Shown in pieces: positions 52,052 to 55,477 of a stretch of 55,477 nucleotides of DNA; positions within the stretch are counted from its first letter, which is position 1, and the number at the start of each line of letters is the position of its first letter. Source of the DNA: Actinomycetota bacterium (GTDB lineage: Bacteria; Actinomycetota; UBA4738; HRBIN12); assembly GCA_039933515.1 (NCBI GenBank), contig JBDTNY010000117.1, positions 1 through 55,477 on the forward strand. Direction: 5' to 3'. The notes under the pieces are model-generated. The model ran no database searches and was not told the DNA's origin. It was given only the letters and a program-made list of their open reading frames with translations. Position numbers and translations under genes: made by a program.

Positions 52052-53050
52052 TCAGGCGGCCGTGCCGTTGCCAACGTGCGCGACGTTGTGGCTGCGGCGA
52101 CCGTCGTGGCCGGTCCGGTCGGTGCGGCGCCCCGGGTTATGGGGCTTCGTGCCGTCGTGCTCGGTCGCGCGACGATCGTGGCGACCCCTGTCCCTCGGCG
52201 CCGCGGCATCGCTCGCGTCGAGACCCGCGTAGATGTCGCCGATCGAGAGCCCGCCGGTGCCGGTCAGCCCTGCTGGGGGAAGGCAGGTCTCGATGTAGTA
52301 GTTGCAGGCCGGTTCGCTCCCGCCACGGGTTGGTGAGCGGCCGGCGCCCAGCCAGCCGCCCGGCACGGTCCCGCTCCCGTCGCCGGCGGGTGGGATCGGA
52401 GAGATCGACGGGCGGCCGATGCCGGGGCTGCTGGGCTCGGCGGCCGCTCCACCGACGATGTCGACCGGGATCCGCGAACCACCGAGCGTGAGGGCGAGGA
52501 CCAAGGCACCCGCGGCGGCCGCACCGCTCAGAGCGATCGTGCCGAGCCGCCGGTTGAGCGCCGAGGCCGGATCGGAGACCGGCGCGGTGGCGGCCGTGAA
52601 CGCTGCCTCTCCGGGACGGTGCAGCTGCGCCGCCTCGCCGCGGGCAAGGACCTCGCGAAGCGTGGCGGCGTCGCGCGCGCCCACGACGCCTCCGGCGAGC
52701 GACGTCGCGCATACGACCCCGGTGAGCGCCTCGATCGCGAGCCCGAGCTCTCGGAGGACATCGGGGGGTTCGACCCGCGCGTCGCCGCCGATCGGCATCA
52801 CGGCGCCAGGCCACACCAAGACCACCTTCGTGGCCGGTGAAAGCTGGCGAACCATGCCTACCGAGATGGCCCCGATCCCATCGTCCATCACGACGACGTC
52901 GGGCAACTGCAGGGCGACCGAGCGAGCGAGCTCGGCGGGCGTGGCCGCCTCGCCCACCACGTCATACCCCTCGCCATCGAGGACGAACCGGAGGAAACCC
53001 TTGCGAGCCACGGTTCCCTCGGCGACGACGATCCGGACGATGTCGCTCAT
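52052..53050 (-). CDS. Membrane protein with degenerate N-terminal receiver-like domain and low-complexity extracytoplasmic tail
   Basis: N-terminal ~120 aa has receiver-like topology (IVRIVVAEG..., PDVVVMDDGIG, KVVLVWPG). One TM helix (IALSGAAAAGALVLALTLGG) follows, then a Gly/Pro/Arg-rich tail. Confidence 0.55.
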   Translation of the reverse strand: MSDIVRIVVAEGTVARKGFLRFVLDGEGYDVVGEAATPAELARSVALQLPDVVVMDDGIGAISVGMVRQLSPATKVVLVWPGAVMPIGGDARVEPPDVLRELGLAIEALTGVVCATSLAGGVVGARDAATLREVLARGEAAQLHRPGEAAFTAATAPVSDPASALNRRLGTIALSGAAAAGALVLALTLGGSRIPVDIVGGAAAEPSSPGIGRPSISPIPPAGDGSGTVPGGWLGAGRSPTRGGSEPACNYYIETCLPPAGLTGTGGLSIGDIYAGLDASDAAAPRDRGRHDRRATEHDGTKPHNPGRRTDRTGHDGRRSHNVAHVGNGTAA

Positions 53051-53266
53051 GCGAGCGCTGTCCCCCGTTCGACCTTCAGCATGCGAGGACCCTATCCCGC
53101 CGGAACGACATGGGGTGTGAGCCTAGCGGACTTCTTGCGCGGCCACCTCCGTCATGATCCACCTCCGGCGCTTCGGCCCCTGCGGGCCGGGCCCCCTGGA
53201 CGGAACGGGGGTCCCGCGGTCGGCCGTAGCGTCGAAGGCGTAGACCTCGAGAGAAGGGACGACGCC

Positions 53267-54319
53267 ATGGCCTCCACGACACACAGGGCCGGCACCGGCT
53301 GGGCCACAAGGATCCCGGCCGTGATCGTGATGCTCGTCGGCGTGGTGCTGATCGGCACGACGTTCACGAACCACCTGTTCAAGGTGGGGCCGGCATTCGA
53401 GAACCTGACCGACGGCTTCCGGCCGGTGCTCACCGCCCCGGCGATCGAGGCCGCGCGTGCAGATGTCGCGGCCCTCGGCGCAGCGGGCACCGAGTTCCAG
53501 ACCGCAGTCGCACCCGCGATGGCCGACAGGCTCGGCATGAAACCCGAGGCGTTCCAGACGTTCGTGGGCGAGCAGTTCCCCGGCGTCGCCGACGGGATGG
53601 CGGCGCTACCGCAGATCGTGCCGACGTTCTCAGGGTTGATCGACACGCTCGACGCGCAGCGCGGCGTGTTCGCGTCCGCCGACGCGATCCCGACGTCGAG
53701 CATCCCGGCCACCACGATCCCGTGGGCGCTCCTGATCGCCGGCATCCTCGCGGTCGCGCTCGGCCTCTTCATGTGGTTCGTACCACGCGCCGGTGGGATC
53801 GTCGCGATCGCCCTCGGCGCCGCCCTGGTCGCCGTGCCGTTCGCGCTGTCGCTGCCGAGCAAGGCATCCGATGCCGACCAGATGAATGCCAACCTGCAGC
53901 CCGTCTACACGCAGGCGCTCATCACGCAGGCGGGAGGGGCCGTCACGACCGTCGGGACGATGGGCACCGAGATGTCCGACACGATGCTGCCCTCGCTCGC
54001 CGACACGCTCGGCATGACGGGTCCCGAGCTGCAGACGTTCCTAGGGGACAACTTCCCCGCGACCGCTACCGCGCTCCAGACCATGCCCGCGTCGATGCAA
54101 CGGTTCCAGGGGCTGGTGGGGACGTTCGACGCGAACCTGGCGAACTACGACACCCTGAAGCCCGTGTCGTTCGCACCGATCATCTGGACCGTCATCGCAG
54201 GCGGCGCCGTCATGTTCGTGATGGGCGTCTGGGCGTTCGCGCCCGGCCGCCGTCCCGAGATCGTGATGGTCGAAGAACGGATGCCGATCCGCCGCAGCGT
54301 GGGCGCAGGCACCCACTGA
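53267..54319 (+). CDS. Integral membrane protein with internal two-fold repeat
   Basis: TM helices at aa ~15-32, ~150-172, ~175-195 and ~303-325. Two homologous helical ectodomains are present (LGMKPEAFQTFVGEQFPGVADGMAALPQIVPTFSGLIDTLDA vs LGMTGPELQTFLGDNFPATATALQTMPASMQRFQGLVGTFDA). Confidence 0.65.
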   Translation: MASTTHRAGTGWATRIPAVIVMLVGVVLIGTTFTNHLFKVGPAFENLTDGFRPVLTAPAIEAARADVAALGAAGTEFQTAVAPAMADRLGMKPEAFQTFVGEQFPGVADGMAALPQIVPTFSGLIDTLDAQRGVFASADAIPTSSIPATTIPWALLIAGILAVALGLFMWFVPRAGGIVAIALGAALVAVPFALSLPSKASDADQMNANLQPVYTQALITQAGGAVTTVGTMGTEMSDTMLPSLADTLGMTGPELQTFLGDNFPATATALQTMPASMQRFQGLVGTFDANLANYDTLKPVSFAPIIWTVIAGGAVMFVMGVWAFAPGRRPEIVMVEERMPIRRSVGAGTH

Positions 54320-54440
54320 TCACGCCGGCGAGCCGAGGCCCCGTCGACCCCGAGCGGTCGGCGAGGCCTCGGTGCGTGGGGCGCGCCGACTTCCGGTTCA
54401 TGAGGGAGCCGCGGCCACGATCGGCCGTACCCTAGAGGGG

Positions 54441-54725
54441 ATGGACGACTATCCCGAGTGCCCGTGCCGCGGCTATCGGGAGTGCCCCATGTGCCACGAC
54501 CTCCGGCCGTGCGGGCACTTCGGCAAGAGCCGGTTCTGCCCGCCGTGCCAGCGCCTGCGCAAGCAGGGCATGCGTCCCGGGCCTAGGCGAACCGGCCCGA
54601 TGCCCGCCGGCCGCACGTGCGCCGGCGAGGGGTGCGACACGCGGCTGAGCGTGTACAACCGTGGTGAGCTCTGCTCGACATGCCTGCAGGGCGCGACTCG
54701 AGCCCCCGCGCTCCCGAAGGGCTAG
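54441..54725 (+). CDS. Cys-rich small protein (94 aa, 11 Cys; putative zinc ribbons)
   Basis: MDDYPECPCRGYRECPMCHDLRPCGHFGKSRFCPPCQ...CAGEGCDTRLSVYNRGELCSTC. The start is uncertain (alternative GTG 54372). Confidence 0.5.
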   Translation: MDDYPECPCRGYRECPMCHDLRPCGHFGKSRFCPPCQRLRKQGMRPGPRRTGPMPAGRTCAGEGCDTRLSVYNRGELCSTCLQGATRAPALPKG

Positions 54726-55477
54726 ACGGAGGCCTTGGGCGAGCCGTCCGTCCCGCGCTTCAGGGCGGTCTTCGCCGCGTACATCCGTTCGTCGGCCAGG
54801 CTGAGGAGATCGTCGATCGAGCCGACGGCGTTATGGAGCTGGATCACCCCGACGCTGAAGCCCACGCCCATCGACCGCGGGTCGGCGGCCAGCGCGTTGA
54901 GGACCCGGTCCAGGGCGAGCTCAGCCGCATCGCAGTCGGTGTGCGGGAGCAGCACGGCGAACTCGTCGCCACCTAGGCGCGCGACCAAGTCGGTGGGACG
55001 CAGGCTGTCGCGCAGGGTGTCGGCGACGACCCGCAGCACGGCGTCGCCCGCGGTATGACCGTGCTCGTCGTTGACCGCCTTGAAGCGGTCGAGGTCGATA
55101 TAGGCGAGTGACAGTGGTCCACCGTAGCGACGGGACGAGTACATCTCGCGCTGCGCCTCTTCCCCGAACCAGCGGTAGTTCGCGACGCCGGTGAGCGGGT
55201 CCGTGCGAGCGAGGTCGCGCTCTCGCCGGTGGGCATCCCGGAGCCGGGCGAGCACCAAGACGACGACGAAGAAGACTCCCAGCCGCATCATGCCGTTCCA
55301 CACGGGAAGGAACCCGTTATCGTCGTGCGAGATGTCGCCGATCATGCCGACCACGCTGCATACCCCGGCGGTGATGAAGCCGTAGGTGCGTCCGCCGTAC
55401 GAGGTCACGAACCCGACCGGGGCCAGGTAGAAGAGCGCGAACGAGAGGTACACGCCGCTCAGGAAGTCGACCCATCC
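54722..55477 (-). CDS. Membrane-anchored GGDEF diguanylate cyclase (5' end runs off window)
   Basis: GGDEFAVLL active site and a DLDRFKAVNDEHGH motif. N-terminal TM helices. The reading frame stays open to the window edge. Confidence 0.85.
   Translation of the reverse strand, partial: GWVDFLSGVYLSFALFYLAPVGFVTSYGGRTYGFITAGVCSVVGMIGDISHDDNGFLPVWNGMMRLGVFFVVVLVLARLRDAHRRERDLARTDPLTGVANYRWFGEEAQREMYSSRRYGGPLSLAYIDLDRFKAVNDEHGHTAGDAVLRVVADTLRDSLRPTDLVARLGGDEFAVLLPHTDCDAAELALDRVLNALAADPRSMGVGFSVGVIQLHNAVGSIDDLLSLADERMYAAKTALKRGTDGSPKASV

Overview
Very GC-rich, densely coded chromosomal segment of actinobacterial type: F420/deazaflavin-type nitroreductase, LipJ- and Rv0386-like cyclase architectures, many 4-nt ATGA/GTGA gene overlaps, and TANNNT boxes directly upstream of start codons. 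I support about 60 protein genes and one tRNA. I found no rRNA, CRISPR array, transposase or integrase.

Three housekeeping blocks dominate:
- A branched-chain 2-oxoacid dehydrogenase E1alpha/E1beta/E2 operon (5.7-9.0 kb, + strand).
- A long minus-strand purine de novo supercluster, purD-purE-purB-purC-purS-purQ-purL / ECF sigma-ogt / purF-purM, plus purA (13.5-26.8 kb).
- A complete leucine/isovalerate catabolic cluster with an AMP-forming CoA ligase, isovaleryl-CoA dehydrogenase, methylcrotonyl-CoA carboxylase beta and alpha, enoyl-CoA hydratase and HMG-CoA lyase (34.4-42.5 kb).

The most unusual region is the first 4.9 kb. tRNA-Phe(GAA) is preceded by a ~4.5 kb segment bracketed by two co-oriented ~190-bp imperfect direct repeats. 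Between them lie an intact 1076-aa zinc-ribbon / class III nucleotide cyclase / STAND NTPase / TPR protein, a decayed TfoX-like gene, a truncated alpha/beta-hydrolase ORF and a tiny acidic ORF.

Other accessory features:
- Tandem, codon-atypical DUF1996 paralogs.
- A translationally coupled secreted Ig/LamG protein - PAS - MBL-hydrolase operon.
- A NYN + 2xOST-HTH protein.
- Two convergent mini-ORFs separated by a perfect 16-bp hairpin.
- An MFS transporter fused to a cNMP-binding domain.
- A perfect 16-bp palindrome (ATACCCCCGGGGGTAT) in front of a thioredoxin-DUF302 operon.
- A degenerate-receiver membrane protein next to an internally duplicated membrane protein, a Cys-rich mini-protein and a GGDEF gene.

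All calls rest on hand translation and motif recognition. No database search was possible.
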